A stretch of 64,000 bases of DNA from Lingula anatina (GCA_051362555.1 CM120649.1:17560567-17624566); one strand, 5' to 3'; shown: positions 13,628 through 27,138, counted from the stretch's first letter. Numbers and translations are program-made. The notes: generated by a model not told the origin, from the sequence alone.

Positions 13628-13980
13628 AAACCATCCATATTTACTTTACTTATTGAAATGCATCATACTACAGTATATTGAAGGATAGGTTATAAAACTC
13701 GTAAAATCTTAGAAACCTCAGAGATATATGTCTATAAACTAATATCTTCCCATTGATTTTCCGTAAAATGTATAATGAGCCTTGATCCCATGTAATAGGC
13801 GTCTTCACAGATAAGAGGTCAAAATGTTGTAAGAACAGACAACATTCACCAACAGATAAGAGGTCAAAATGTTGTAAGAATAAACAGCATCCACCAGACA
13901 AAGTACAAATCCTGATCTGGCCCACATTGAACTTGGCGGACAGTTAAGACGTGGTCAGATTTATGAACAGTCTGTAAGAA

Positions 13981-13990
13981 TATATATAAA
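13981..13990 (+). promoter_or_regulatory. TATA box of three-finger gene copy 1; equivalents precede every full exon-1 copy
   Basis: TATATATAAA lies ~50 bp upstream of ATG 14038, with positional equivalents at ~25869, ~29195, ~30670, ~31443, ~35576 and ~36654. Confidence 0.6.
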
Positions 13991-14037
13991 CCTTCCGTCA
14001 GTTTAACGCGTTAACACTCACGTAAGAAACAGCAATA

Positions 14038-15240
14038 ATGATGTTACGTGTGTTTCTGTATTTGAGTTCTGTTGGACTTGTCTTTTCGTCTACATCTTTC
14101 AGTCCACTCCACTGTTATGACTGCAACTTTAAAACTTTCACAGACGGTAAGTGATAGTTTACTTCTTTTATATTTTTAAAGAAGAAGCATGTGTCATCTC
14201 GTTAATGAGCAAAAATGTGCACTGGCTTGGTAGTTGGATCATAAACGACAATTATCAAACACAAGCTGAAAGACTCATAACGTTTGCTTACGGCCAACCT
14301 GGGCGCCGCATTTCGAAAGCATCGAGAATAGCGACCGAACGCAAGCGTCTGTATTCCATAACTCGGGATTTACTCGCCCCATTTAATAGCCTCGAAATAA
14401 AAGGTGACATTGCTATTCGCAATTCGTGATGCTTTCGAGTTACGGAGCCCTGGACGTAGTCCTTCTTCAGACTGATGTCCAGATTGACCGCAAGGTAATT
14501 GTATGGATTTTTTCGGCTTGTGTTAGATAATTTTTATCATTGAAATAACATCTCATTTTATCCATTTGTTCATTTTTCATTCCTTTGACTTTTCGCATTA
14601 ATTCCAATATATTACTGCAAAATATACCTTGTATTTGGTTTCCGCCTATAGGCGATGTGTATTTATTCATTAATAATCATTTGATATTGGGAAATTTATA
14701 TCGGCAAATGATATATATACACTCGCGCACACAAGTCGCCTTGTGGTATTAGTTTATTACTCAAACGCTATAAATATATATATATATTCTCTTTGTTTTG
14801 TTGAAAGGTTATGGACTCAAGGCCACTCACCAAGCCTGCGTTGAACCAGAAAAAGATGGCCACCTCCTGGCAAAAGTAAAGTGTGACACTGCTTGTTTTA
14901 ACAGACTTGACGAGAACGGCTGTAAGTATAAGGATCTCTGCATCAATCATTAAGAAATAACGAAACCTTAACGGGTTGTCTAAATCAATATTATGAAAAG
15001 GTGACAGCAAGCCCAATCGTATATGTTTCGTCTTCGTGCATGTGTAAAAGAGAGAGATGCCTATCATATGAAGCTTTGATCATATCCTCAAATATTTCAG
15101 TCGTCTATAGAGGATGTTACGCCGGGAATTTCGGCGTGGACTCCAGCCAAGACGGTTGCAGTTTTCAAGTTGGGGCCACTTGGTGTTTTTGCCGTATGTA
15201 TCTCTGCAACACTGGACTGAATTTCACACTGTTGCCGTGA
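14038..15240 (+). CDS. Secreted Ly6/uPAR (quiver/sleepless-like) three-finger protein, copy 1, 120 aa. Exons 14038-14146, 14808-14921, 15101-15240
   Basis: Spliced product MMLRVFLYLSSVGLVFSSTSFSPLHCYDCNFKTFTDGYGLKATHQACVEPEKDGHLLAKVKCDTACFNRLDENGFVYRGCYAGNFGVDSSQDGCSFQVGATWCFCRMYLCNTGLNFTLLP. It has a signal peptide, 10 Cys, a CYxC start, RGC, and a CFC...LCN end. Phase-1 GT-AG introns. Confidence 0.88.
14302..14449. mobile_element. PIF/Harbinger-type MITE (148 bp) in intron 1 of copy 1
   Basis: TIRs ggcgccgcatttcgaaagcatc / gatgctttcgagttacggagcc with a CTG TSD. The empty site ggccatcctggacgtag is at ~29511. Confidence 0.8.
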
Positions 15241-15880
15241 CTGTACCGTAACCCTGGATTTAAACAGATGGAACTTTTTTTTGGAATTTTCAGGATTGCA
15301 TATTTGAATGAATTCCGCAATCTTGTAAACTTATACACTTGAAAACTGCTGAAAACTGCTCGAAATTTATGAAGACGTAAAACAATGTTGTCCGGGAGAC
15401 CGTGACGCATGCAGAAAAGTTGTCTAATACTAACACGGATATGTATATGTGAGACAAAATATCAAGATGCATATCAACTGACTATTTTTCTCAATTCAAA
15501 ATTTACACTTCTGCTTGCATATGTTTGATTTCCAAAAGTTAATAAAATAAATGACAGATAATTAAATAACAAGTTTTGTTTTGTTTAAATATTTCCCCTT
15601 TTTTTCGAATTGTATAAGGACTGTGCTTAGACGACGACTGGTACTTCAGTTAAACGATATAGCTGAGAACAAAAATTTACACATAGTCAATGAACCTCAT
15701 GTACACAAAACCCCTCAACTGAAATTATAATACTGTGGCAATGAATAACCCAAATTTTTCTTTCGGTGTATTAAACTCTCCTATGAAATAAGCCCTTTTG
15801 TAAAAGGAAAAAAGAGGTTTTTGACTTAGGTGAAATTAAAATCGACTTCTCTCATGTCTGGATGTGAATATCGAGAGTGA

Positions 15881-15920
<40 letters not shown>

Positions 15921-17814
15921 GTCATGATGGTGATGATAATATTGTAACGCGACGCGGCCGTCCGCCTCGAGTCGGCGACGACACCCCGACGCGGTGTGGG
16001 ATTGATGTTGCCTGTACCTTGGGGAAAGTCTATCCCCAACCTTCGGAAATAAAAAAACATGTATTACATTTCCAATATGATTATTAAATCTCCAAACATT
16101 GAATACAAAAATTCATGCAATATAAACGTGACTTATGGCCACAATAGTTCATGCATTTTCAAGTATCCTTTGACGTGACTTATGGTCATTAAAGTTCATA
16201 AATTTCAAATGTTGCGCGCGACGACAGCATCTGGGTAGTAAAACGAAGACAACGAAGACATTTCTGGTAGCGTCGTGGCTTGCGTAGTCTTCTTATGGGT
16301 AGCGCAGCGGTTCCCGTAGATCGCGTATCTTCTCATATGGATTATCGTACGTGGTCAATCTTATGGTAGCGTCGTGGCTCGCGTACTCTTCTTATGGGTA
16401 GCTCAGCGGTTCCCGTAGATCGCGTATCTTCTCATATGAATTACCGTACGTAGTCTTCTTATGGTAGCGTCGTGACTCGCGTAGTGTCACTCATCTCCGT
16501 GGTGCTGTCCGTTCTGTAATTCTCTTTTCAAGATGATGTCCTCATGGTAGGGAGTTCATACCGCATCGCACGGCCGCAGTCGCTAGGGGAATCCAAGTCA
16601 GCTCTCGGTGTGCACCCTCTCCCGACAGCCCGATTCCAGCTTCACCAGCTCTGATGTGGATGCGGCGATACTCTCTACCAGAAATGCGCAAGGGTGCGGG
16701 TCAAGTGATACCAACTCAATACTGACAATCTTTCCGGTCACCAGTGACGAGGGCGCGGGGGATCGCCGCGGCCTTCAAACCAATCAGTGGAGATCTTGGC
16801 GGCGCTGAAACCCTTTGACTCGGGACCAGTGATCGTTGGCACCGAAAGAGCAAGGTTAATCTTCGCATATCACAAGCCCACATTTTCCACTCCCTGAGCA
16901 CCGTCTGTTCCGTGTGAAATCTCCGAACTCGCATGGGCGGGGACGGGGGTTCGCAGGGAAGCACCGTAAGGGATCGGCCCGCTACGGCCTTACGTCCCGT
17001 GGCAGGGGTTGGACAATCTTCACCACGTCTCCGTTTCTAAGGTCACAGTCGGCTGGCATCCACTCGACTCCTCCGGATGGACACACTGAACTAAAGAAAC
17101 AAAAGCAAAATCTGCCCCTTCACACGGGGTAACTCGACTCCCTTCACACGGGAGGAACACTCTTGGGCTGGAACTCGGCATCAGACCCAAGTGGACGTCC
17201 GCTCTACTATGGCGCCCCGGACCCGGCCGGCTTTTCACCCGGGGTCGTCATACACAATAATTGCAACATCCTTGGCACAGCTCTACCAAGGGGTCCCAGA
17301 CCGTTATGCTGCATAAGCCCATGGCCCGGAAGACACTGAAGAGGTTCCGCCCAGCCAACTGTTAACTCAAAGAAACTCAAATCACGTTGATTAGTAACCT
17401 TAACCGGAGAGTAACTCTCCCACTATGCACTGTGCTAAACACTGATTATTCAACTATGAAATTTACTTCTTACAATGGTTTTATATCTTAGCATTGCCTA
17501 CACTAGCTAGAGAAATTTAAAGAGGTCCCTAACTCCCTCTGAAAGACTCACTATGCCGACCTTGTCTATCCATAGCCGACATAGCTCGCCGGCGTGCATA
17601 ACATTATTTCCTTAAAAACCGCCCTCCCGTACACAGTCTTTAAACTTTAGATAAATTCGGTTAAATCTCTTCCCCCATATACTATCGTAACAACTTATCT
17701 TTCGTACACTGAAATCCTACCCCCATATACCAGTGTAACACTGAACACTGATTCCATTAGCAGATAACTCGCTGTAGTTAAACTAAGCTTAATTATAAGT
17801 GAGAAATATGACCC

Positions 17815-18372
17815 TACGACGTTATCCCTAAAACAACCAACATGCCTTAACTATGACTGAAATGACGTGGTCACTAGATGACAACATGGAATGACTGACG
17901 TTGTCTCTGACAACGACATGACGTTGTCCCTAAAAGACAACCTAACTTAACTATGACTGGAATGACGTGGTCACTAGATGACAACATGGAATGACTGACG
18001 TTGTCTCTGACGACAACATGACGTTGTCCCTAAAAGACAACCTAACTTAACTATGACTGGAATGACGTGGTCATTAGATGACAACATGGAGTGACGGACG
18101 TTGTCTCTGACGACAACATAACGTTGTCCCTAAAAGATAACTTAACTTAACTATGACCGAAATGACGTGGCCATTAGATGACAACATGGAGTGACAGACG
18201 TTGTCTCTGACGACAACATGACGTTGTCCCTAAAAGACATGTACAACCAAACTTAACTATGACTGGAATGACGTGGTCACTAGATGACAACCTAGTATAA
18301 TTGACGTTGTCTCCGAGGACAACATGACTTAACTATGACTGGAATGACGTGGTCATTTTATGACAACATGGA
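17815..18372. repeat. 100-bp tandem repeat (~5.5 units) inside the LTR; second copy at ~21582-22139
   Basis: ttaactatgac at 17847, 17947, 18047, 18147, ~18252 and ~18329. Confidence 0.92.
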
Positions 18373-19172
18373 ATGGTTAGAAAGGAAAATAAGCGAAAAT
18401 GAAATGATAAATAAAAACTGTCCTACGCTTAGCCTTAACTACTCACTGCTGTCAAGGAATGGACGGCTGTGAAAATAACGAACTTAAATAGTTACTGCTG
18501 TCAATAAAACAACTGCAGTAGCAATAACAAACTTAACTAGTCTGTGTCCATAATCGGACTCAGTATAAACTGTTCTAGTTAGTAATGAAAACTGGGGCTA
18601 CATGGGAATAAAGTTTCCGTAAAACTTCTACGTCAATCTAGCAACGGTTATAATCTACCGTTCAATCTACCAAACATTTAAATCTCTAAAATAAGACCCC
18701 CCCTAAAATATATGAGAAGAAAATGGAGCGGGCTAGCCCCTAGGGGCTGCCCTGACGCTTACTGATAACTCTCTTCTTAGTCCGGTCTCAGTCTGTACTT
18801 GAATCTGTAAAAACGCTCTCACTTTACTCGAATCTGTAAAACGCCCCCTTTCACACAGCGCGCCACTCTATTTATACTCTGACGCGGCGACGTCATCAGT
18901 CGCGCGAAGCACGAGCTTCGCGTACGGCGTAGGTCAGCATGAAGTGGCATCATATATGGCGGCTTCCATGCATCGTCGATGCACTGTATCGGTCGTTTTG
19001 TCATCTTTAGATTAAAGTTTCTTGCAATTAACGGAAATAACTGTAGTAGGGGGAATCAAATAAAGGTGGAGGGCAGGTACGTAACCGCTAACCCTTCCCA
19101 AGTGAATTTCTGAAAAGATTAGGTGAAAATGTTGTATTGGAATGCAAAACGGAGGGGGGGGGGAACGTTACA

Positions 19173-19190
19173 CTGCCCCCAACCTTTTAA
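19173..19190 (-). other. Polypurine tract of the LTR element
   Basis: The minus strand reads aaaaggttgggggcag immediately before the TG of the 3' LTR. Confidence 0.65.
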
Positions 19191-19690
19191 ATTTGATTCT
19201 CCTGAATCAAAGTAAGGCTTAGTTGCGGACGATTTAACGCCTCCCATCTGGATACCATCTTTAATCCCTTTCCAACAGTAGGGGCTCGTTGGTACGTCTG
19301 GGGCACCGGTCGCTGGGCTCTCAGGAAAACGAAGTTTCTAGTGGCCTGGCTGCCCTGACCTTTGGATAGCTCGCCTCGCCCTCCACCCTCAGGGGAGCTG
19401 AGAGCTTTGGGCAACTTGAGCAAGACAGAGTGACACCAAGAGAGGAATGGGGAAACTCCCGCCTCACACTTCATTTCATGCCATCTTCATCTATGGTTTC
19501 GAATCGTCATTCTAGACCGCACGTGCGCCTTCCCGTTGGGTGGGTTTTCCCAGGTCTTCTCCACAGCCTCGATCTGCAGTATGGCTTCTGCTATTCATTT
19601 CCATTGTTTGAAATTCTGAGATTAAAGAAATTGATTCAGTAATTTTGTAATCGCAAGCTTACATGCTTTAATTCCGAAGGTAATTGGTAC

Positions 19691-19708
19691 ATCCCACCGC
19701 TGCCACCA
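19691..19708 (-). other. Primer binding site complementary to the 3' end of tRNA-Leu
   Basis: Plus-strand ATCCCACCGCTGCCACCA equals the 3' 18 nt (including CCA) of metazoan tRNA-Leu(AAG/UAG), recalled from memory. It lies 1 nt from the LTR. Confidence 0.85.
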
Positions 19709-22699
19709 ATGTAACGCGACGCGGCCGTCCGCCTCGAGTCGGCGACGACACCCCGACGCGGTGTGGGATTGATGTTGCCTGTACCTTGGGGAAAGTCTAT
19801 CCCCAACCTTCGGAAATAAAAAAACATGTATTACATTTCCAATATGATTATTAAATCTCCAAACATTGAATACAAAAATTCATGCAATATAAACGTGACT
19901 TATGGCCACAATAGTTCATGCATTTTCAAGTATCCTTTGACGTGACTTATGGTCATTAAAGTTCATAAATTTCAAATGTTGCGCGCGACGACAGCATCTG
20001 GGTAGTAAAACGAAGACAACGAAGACATTTCTGGTAGCGTCGTGGCTTGCGTAGTCTTCTTATGGGTAGCGCAGCGGTTCCCGTAGATCGCGTATCTTCT
20101 CATATGGATTATCGTACGTGGTCAATCTTATGGTAGCGTCGTGGCTCGCGTACTCTTCTTATGGGTAGCTCAGCGGTTCCCGTAGATCGCGTATCTTCTC
20201 ATATGAATTACCGTACGTAGTCTTCTTATGGTAGCGTCGTGACTCGCGTAGTGTCACTCATCTCCGTGGTGCTGTCCGTTCTGTAATTCTCTTTTCAAGA
20301 TGATGTCCTCATGGTAGGGAGTTCATACCGCATCGCACGGCCGCAGTCGCTAGGGGAATCCAAGTCAGCTCTCGGTGTGCACCCTCTCCCGACAGCCCGA
20401 TTCCAGCTTCACCAGCTCTGATGTGGATGCGGCGATACTCTCTACCAGAAATGCGCAAGGGTGCGGGTCAAGTGATACCAACTCAATACTGACAATCTTT
20501 CCGGTCACCAGTGACGAGGGCGCGGGGGATCGCCGCGGCCTTCAAACCAATCAGTGGAGATCTTGGCGGCGCTGAAACCCTTTGACTCGGGACCAGTGAT
20601 CGTTGGCACCGAAAGAGCAAGGTTAATCTTCGCATATCACAAGCCCACATTTTCCACTCCCTGAGCACCGTCTGTTCCGTGTGAAATCTCCGAACTCGCA
20701 TGGGCGGGGACGGGGGTTCGCAGGGAAGCACCGTAAGGGATCGGCCCGCTACGGCCTTACGTCCCGTGGCAGGGGTTGGACAATCTTCACCACGTCTCCG
20801 TTTCTAAGGTCACAGTCGGCTGGCATCCACTCGACTCCTCTGGATGGACACACTGAACTAAAGAAACAAAAGCAAAATCTGCCCCTTCACACGGGGTAAC
20901 TCGACTCCCTTCACACGGGAGGAACACTCTTGGGCTGGAACTCGGCATCAGACCCAAGTGGACGTCCGCTCTACTATGGCGCCCCGGACCCGGCCGGCTT
21001 TTCACCCGGGGTCGTCATACACAATAATTGCAACATCCTTGGCACAGCTCTACCAAGGGGTCCCAGACCGTTATGCTGCATAAGCCCATGGCCCGGAAGA
21101 CACTGAAGAGGTTCCGCCCAGCCAACTGTTAACTCAAAGAAACTCAAATCACGTTGATTAGTAACCTTAACCGGAGAGTAACTCTCCCACTATGCACTGT
21201 GCTAAACACTGATTATTCAACTATGAAATTTACTTCTTACAATGGTTTTATATCTTAGCATTGCCTACACTAGCTAGAGAAATTTAAAGAGGTCCCTAAC
21301 TCCCTCTGAAAGACTCACTATGCCGACCTTGTCTATCCATAGCCGACATAGCTCGCCGGCGTGCATAACATTATTTCCTTAAAAACCGCCCTCCCGTACA
21401 CAGTCTTTAAACTTTAGATAAATTCGGTTAAATCTCTCCCCCCATATACTATCGTAACAACTTATCTTTCGTACACTGAAATCCTACCCCCATATACCAG
21501 TGTAACACTGAACACTGATTCCATTAGCAGATAACTCGCTGTAGTTAAACTAAGCTTAATTATAAGTGAGAAATATGACCCTACGACGTTATCCCTAAAA
21601 CAACCAACATGCCTTAACTATGACTGAAATGACGTGGTCACTAGATGACAACATGGAATGACTGACGTTGTCTCTGACAACGACATGACGTTGTCCCTAA
21701 AAGACAACCTAACTTAACTATGACTGGAATGACGTGGTCACTAGATGACAACATGGAATGACTGACGTTGTCTCTGACGACAACATGACGTTGTCCCTAA
21801 AAGACAACCTAACTTAACTATGACTGGAATGACGTGGTCATTAGATGACAACATGGAGTGACGGACGTTGTCTCTGACGACAACATAACGTTGTCCCTAA
21901 AAGATAACTTAACTTAACTATGACCGAAATGACGTGGCCATTAGATGACAACATGGAGTGACAGACGTTGTCTCTGACGACAACATGACGTTGTCCCTAA
22001 AAGACATGTACAACCAAACTTAACTATGACTGGAATGACGTGGTCACTAGATGACAACCTAGTATAATTGACGTTGTCTCCGAGGACAACATGACTTAAC
22101 TATGACTGGAATGACGTGGTCATTTTATGACAACATGGAATGGTTAGAAAGGAAAATAAGCGAAAATGAAATGATAAATAAAAACTGTCCTACGCTTAGC
22201 CTTAACTACTCACTGCTGTCAAGGAATGGACGGCTGTGAAAATAACGAACTTAAATAGTTACTGCTGTCAATAAAACAACTGCAGTAGCAATAACAAACT
22301 TAACTAGTCTGTGTCCATAATCGGACTCAGTATAAACTGTTCTAGTTAGTAATGAAAACTGGGGCTACATGGGAATAAAGTTTCCGTAAAACTTCTACGT
22401 CAATCTAGCAACGGTTATAATCTACCGTTCAATCTACCAAACATTTAAATCTCTAAAATAAGACCCCCCCTAAAATATATGAGAAGAAAATGGAGCGGGC
22501 TAGCCCCTAGGGGCTGCCCTGACGCTTACTGATAACTCTCTTCTTAGTCCGGTCTCAGTCTGTACTTGAATCTGTAAAAACGCTCTCACTTTACTCGAAT
22601 CTGTAAAACGCCCCCTTTCACACAGCGCGCCACTCTATTTATACTCTGACGCGGCGACGTCATCAGTCGCGCGAAGCACGAGCTTCGCGTACGGCGTAG

Positions 22700-23389
22700 G
22701 GGCCGGTTTCACAAAGCAGTAGTTAGTTAGCGATCGGTAGTTAGCCTCTCGCTAGTTAAAGTGCCGTTTCACGAAGCAGTCGCTAGTTCTCTCGCTCGTT
22801 ATTTTCTCGTTGTTACCATGGATATTTAACGACTGGTCAGACCAGTCGCTAACTCTAGAGTTTCATCGTACGCATGCGTATTGAGTGAAATAAAAAGGTT
22901 GCTTAGTTACCGTTGTCTGTCGTTTGTCTTTGTATCCAATATGGCGGCTACTTTTCTTGCTATCCGTACCGCCAGACGGCAACGTAGACTACGACGTTTT
23001 CATGAAAGGCAGAATCTATTAGAATATACACACGATGATGCAATTTACGAGAGGTTGTGCCTAGCTGTGACAAAAAGAGCGGCAAAAAGGTGGTGGAGAT
23101 CCTTCTTTACGACGTCCTCAAAGCAGACGTTCTTATGCATTTTCAGCCACCAAAAATTGGAGAGTTAGTGCTTTCGTGACACTTTTACGCAAGAGTTCCA
23201 CTTCCGGCAGACGGTTTCGAGACTACGGTGAGTAACGAGAAAACTAACGACCGAACTTTACGACTGAACTTAGCGATGAGTTAACGACTGCTTCGTGAAA
23301 CACCCCTCGAAAATCGCTAAGTTTGCTCGTTAGCGAGGTAGTTCAGTAGTTAGTTGTTCTAACTAACTACTGCTTTGTGAAACCGGCCC
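22700..23389 (+). mobile_element. PIF/Harbinger non-autonomous element (~690 bp) inserted in the 5' LTR only
   Basis: About 30-bp TIRs gggccggtttcacaaagcagtagttagttag / ctaactaactactgctttgtgaaaccggccc. Absent at the equivalent site ~18930. Internal MAATFLAIRTARRQRRLRRFHERQNLLEYTHDDAIYER resembles a HARBI1-type transposase N-terminus. Confidence 0.88.
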
Positions 23390-24036
23390 CAGGTCAGCAT
23401 GAAGTGGCATCATATATGGCGGCTTCCATGCATCGTCGATGCACTGTATCGGTCGTTTTGTCATCTTTAGATTAAAGTTTCTTGCAATTAACGGAAATAA
23501 CTGTAGTAGGGGGAATCAAATAAAGGTGGAGGGCAGGTACGTAACCGCTAACCCTTCCCAAGTGAATTTCTGAAAAGATTAGGTGAAAATGTTGTATTGG
23601 AATGCAAAACGGAGGGGGGGGGGGGGGGAACGTTACACTATCCTTTCTTTAGACGCAATTCCCAGATATATTTATTAGATTGGTATTTGTAAAGTAAAAT
23701 CCAAGTTAAAGAAAGAGAGAATTTTCATTAACATTTTGTTTCTTTACACAAAGGTCCGTTTCGTCAATTACATAAAAGGATCGAAATCTCAGTTGTGAAA
23801 TTCCCGTAACCTTTTTATATGATTACAAAACCTATGAATGTGCGCTGTAAGCAAAGACCTTTAATAAGAACTCGAAATATCGAAAGGAGAAAAGAGGAGC
23901 AGAATCACGTGTTGAACATTTGTGCCAAGTTAGACATTAGTACTACAAAATGCAGCGTTTGGCCAATTTTTGGTCCTTAACAAGCCTACCAGCAATTCAT
24001 TTAATGGGCATGTGCACATACGATTTATGCAGACAG

Positions 24037-24085
<49 letters not shown>

Positions 24086-24857
24086 CGTCACAGATCGCCT
24101 AGACCGACCCCTCCTAATAGGTAAAAGTAACAATGTTATGAATAAACTTAAGGCCATGATACGAATTCGCTGAATAATTCATAATGAACTATTTAAGGCA
24201 TTTATAAACAGCCCGCGTTGCATTCACGTAAGATTAGATGTTGATATGAAGATTTATTGGTTTGCACACTTGTACACCCTTGGGCCAGATATTTCAGTAG
24301 CATCATTAAATAATGTCGTTGATTTAATTGTTGTGCCATAAAAAACATTGAGCGTGCAATCACAACACAAACATACCGTGCTTTATGTGACACAGCCATT
24401 GCCAAGGGATATAGACTATGCTCTCTCTTTCAAGTTGATAATGTTCCAGGTTTTGTTTTTCTCTTTCTGAAAATGTGAGATCTGTTTCAATTTTGTTTCT
24501 GTGAATCATTGCTACTTCTTAAATTTCAATATCTGAACCTGGCTCAGTACAGAGTACACTGTAAAAATAGAAAAATCCATGTTAATACATATAGTTACCG
24601 AAACAATTAAACCCTTGTATTGATAATTTAAAATAAAATTTCAAATCAGTTTTCATTACTTTGTTGCTTTTGAGATAAGTGAAGAACAAAAACCAAAGTA
24701 ATCACTATTTGAACAAGAAAGGAAGAAATAGCGCCCATTTCCAAGTTTACGTTTATCTTCATGTATAAGGTATATAGACTCCTCACTTTAAAAGTAATTA
24801 TGACGTTGGTTAAATAAGAAATAATTGAAATTCTGTCAAAGGCATTTACTAAAATAT

Positions 24858-25560
24858 TGTAGCGTTCTCTCCCTTTCATACGAATCCGACTCTCTGCACT
24901 TATGGGAAGCAACGGGCACGGTGTCTTAACTCGGCCCTCAAGAAAAGCTGGATCACCACGGTCTAGGCTCGGCTGTCTCGGCTGCATCGATTGGACACCC
25001 GGCTGGTCGGCTGTCTCCTTTGTCTCGGCTGTCTCGGCTGTCTCCCAGGCTGGGCGGTCGTCTCGGCTGGAGACCCGCCTGGAAAGCAAAATCCCTCTAT
25101 TGCAGTGACCGCATATACCTCGGTTAAAAGCCTCATTGGCGTGTTACCATGTACACCATGCAGAGAATCCTCCAGTAACTACAATGCTTCGCTGCTAAGA
25201 GGCTTAGTAAGGGTGACGCTGGTAGCATCTGAGTGCTGCATTCTGCTTTTGCACCCCCTTTTATACGGGTGTGTGCCATGTTCGATTTTGAGTAAAATTA
25301 AGGCATTCTTCAGTTCGCAAGTTACTAAAATTCAGCCGGCCAGCAAATGGTGTTCTTATCAGCACGATTGTCAGCACGATATAACTGAAAGATTATTTAA
25401 ATCAATTAAAATAACTGTTAATTGTCCTCCAAGTAAAGTTAATTACTCATTTTAGTTACATTACGTAACTTCATGTAATCGAGTGGTATAGGCGGCCAAT
25501 TTTTTTCCATTTTAACAAATCTCAGCAGGCACTGGGTCTAAAAGTACGTCAATCGTTACA
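24858..25560. mobile_element. Solo LTR, copy in unit 2
   Basis: Near-identical to 12926-13627, with TG...CA ends and a right flank ATAC. Confidence 0.8.
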
Positions 25561-25925
25561 ATACCATCCATATTTACTTTACTCATTGAAATGCATCATA
25601 CTACAGTATATTGAAGGATAGGTTATAAAACTCATAAAATCTTAGAAACCTCAGGGATATATGTCTATCAACTAATATCCTCCCATTGATTTTCCATAAA
25701 ATGTATAATGAGCCTTGATCCCATGTAATAGGCGTCTTCACAGATGAGAGGTCAAAATGTTGTAAGAATAGACAACATTCAGCAGACAAAGTACAAATCC
25801 TAATCTGGCCAACAATGAACCTGGCGGACAGTTAAGACGTGGCCAGATTTCTGAACAGTCTGTAAGAATATATATAAACCTTCCGTCAGTTTAACGCGTT
25901 TACAGTCACGTAAGAGACAGCTACA

Positions 25926-27138
25926 ATGATGTTACGTGTGTTTCTGTATTTGAGTTCTGTTGGACTTGTCTTTTCGTCTCCATCTTTAGGTTCACTCCAC
26001 TGTTATGACTGCAACTTTAAAACTTTCACAGACGGTAAGTGATCGTTTACTTCTTTTATATTTTTAATGAAGAAGCACGTGTCATCTCGTAAATGAGCAA
26101 ACATGTGCACTGGCTTGGTAGTTGGATAATAAATGACAATTATCAAACACAAGCTGAAAGACTCATAACGTTTGCTTACGGCCAACCCGGGCGCCGCATT
26201 TCGAAAGCATCGCGAATAGTGACCGAACGCAAGCGTCTGTATTCCATAACTCGGGATTTACTCGCCCCATTTAATAGCCTCGAAATAAAAGGTGACATCG
26301 CCATTCGCAATTCGTGATGCTTTCGAGTTACGGAGCCCTGGACGTAGTCCTTCTTCAGACTGATGTCCAGATTGACCGCAAGGTAATTGTATGGAATTTT
26401 TCGGCTTGTGTTAGATAATTTTTATTATTGAAATAACATCTCATTTTATCCATTTGTTCATTTTTCATTCCTTTGACTTTTCGCATTAATTCCAATGTAT
26501 TACTACAAAATATACCTTATATTTGGTTTCCGCCTATAGGCGATGTGTATTTATTCATTAATAATCATTTGATATTGGGAAATTTATATCGGCAAATGAT
26601 ATATATAAACTCGCACACACAAGTCGCTTTGTGGTATTACATTATTACTCAAACGCTATAAATATATATATATATATATATTCTCTTTGTTTTGTTGAAA
26701 GGTTATGGACTCAAGGCCACTCACCAAGCCTGCGTTGAACCAGAAAAAGGTGGCCACCTCCTGGCAAAAGTAAAGTGTGACACTGCTTGTTTTAACAGAC
26801 TTGACGAGAACGGCTGTAAGTATAGGGATCTTTGCATCAATCATTTAGATAAAATAACGAAACTTTAACAGTTTGACTAAACCAAGGTTATGAAAAGGTA
26901 AAAGCAAGCCCTACCCGTATATGTTTCGTCTTTATGCATGTGTAAAAGAGAGAGATGCCTATCATATGAAGATTTGACCACATCCTCCAATATTTCAGTC
27001 GTCTACAGAGGCTGTTACGCCGGGAACTTTGGCGTGGACTCCAGCCAAGACGGTTGCAGTTTTCAAGCTGGGGCCACGTGGTGTTTTTGCCGTGTGTATC
27101 TCTGCAACACAGGACTGAATTTCACACTGCTACCGTGA
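25926..27138 (+). CDS. Secreted three-finger protein, copy 2, 120 aa. Exons 25926-26034, 26702-26815, 26999-27138
   Basis: Same exon sizes (109/114/140), intact splice sites, all 10 Cys. Confidence 0.88.
26190..26337. mobile_element. Harbinger-type MITE in intron 1 of copy 2
   Basis: Duplicate of 14302-14449. Confidence 0.8.

Larger units (their letters stand above)
15943..23637 (-). mobile_element. Non-autonomous LTR retrotransposon: 5' LTR 19710-23637, internal region 19173-19709, 3' LTR 15943-19172
   Basis: Two near-identical ~3.2-kb direct repeats with TGTAACG...CGTTACA ends. An 18-nt PBS and a purine tract flank the 537-bp internal region. Imperfect 4-bp TSD (ATAT/CTAT). The empty site is visible in paralogous units (~27840, ~33155). 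Confidence 0.92.

Noticed and set aside
19691-19708. tRNA-Leu gene
   Set aside because: Only the 3' 18 nt including CCA are present. This is a primer binding site, not a gene.
15943-23637. Assembly artefact (false tandem duplication)
   Set aside because: TG...CA ends, PBS and PPT in the correct positions, and a MITE present in only one copy argue for a real LTR pair.
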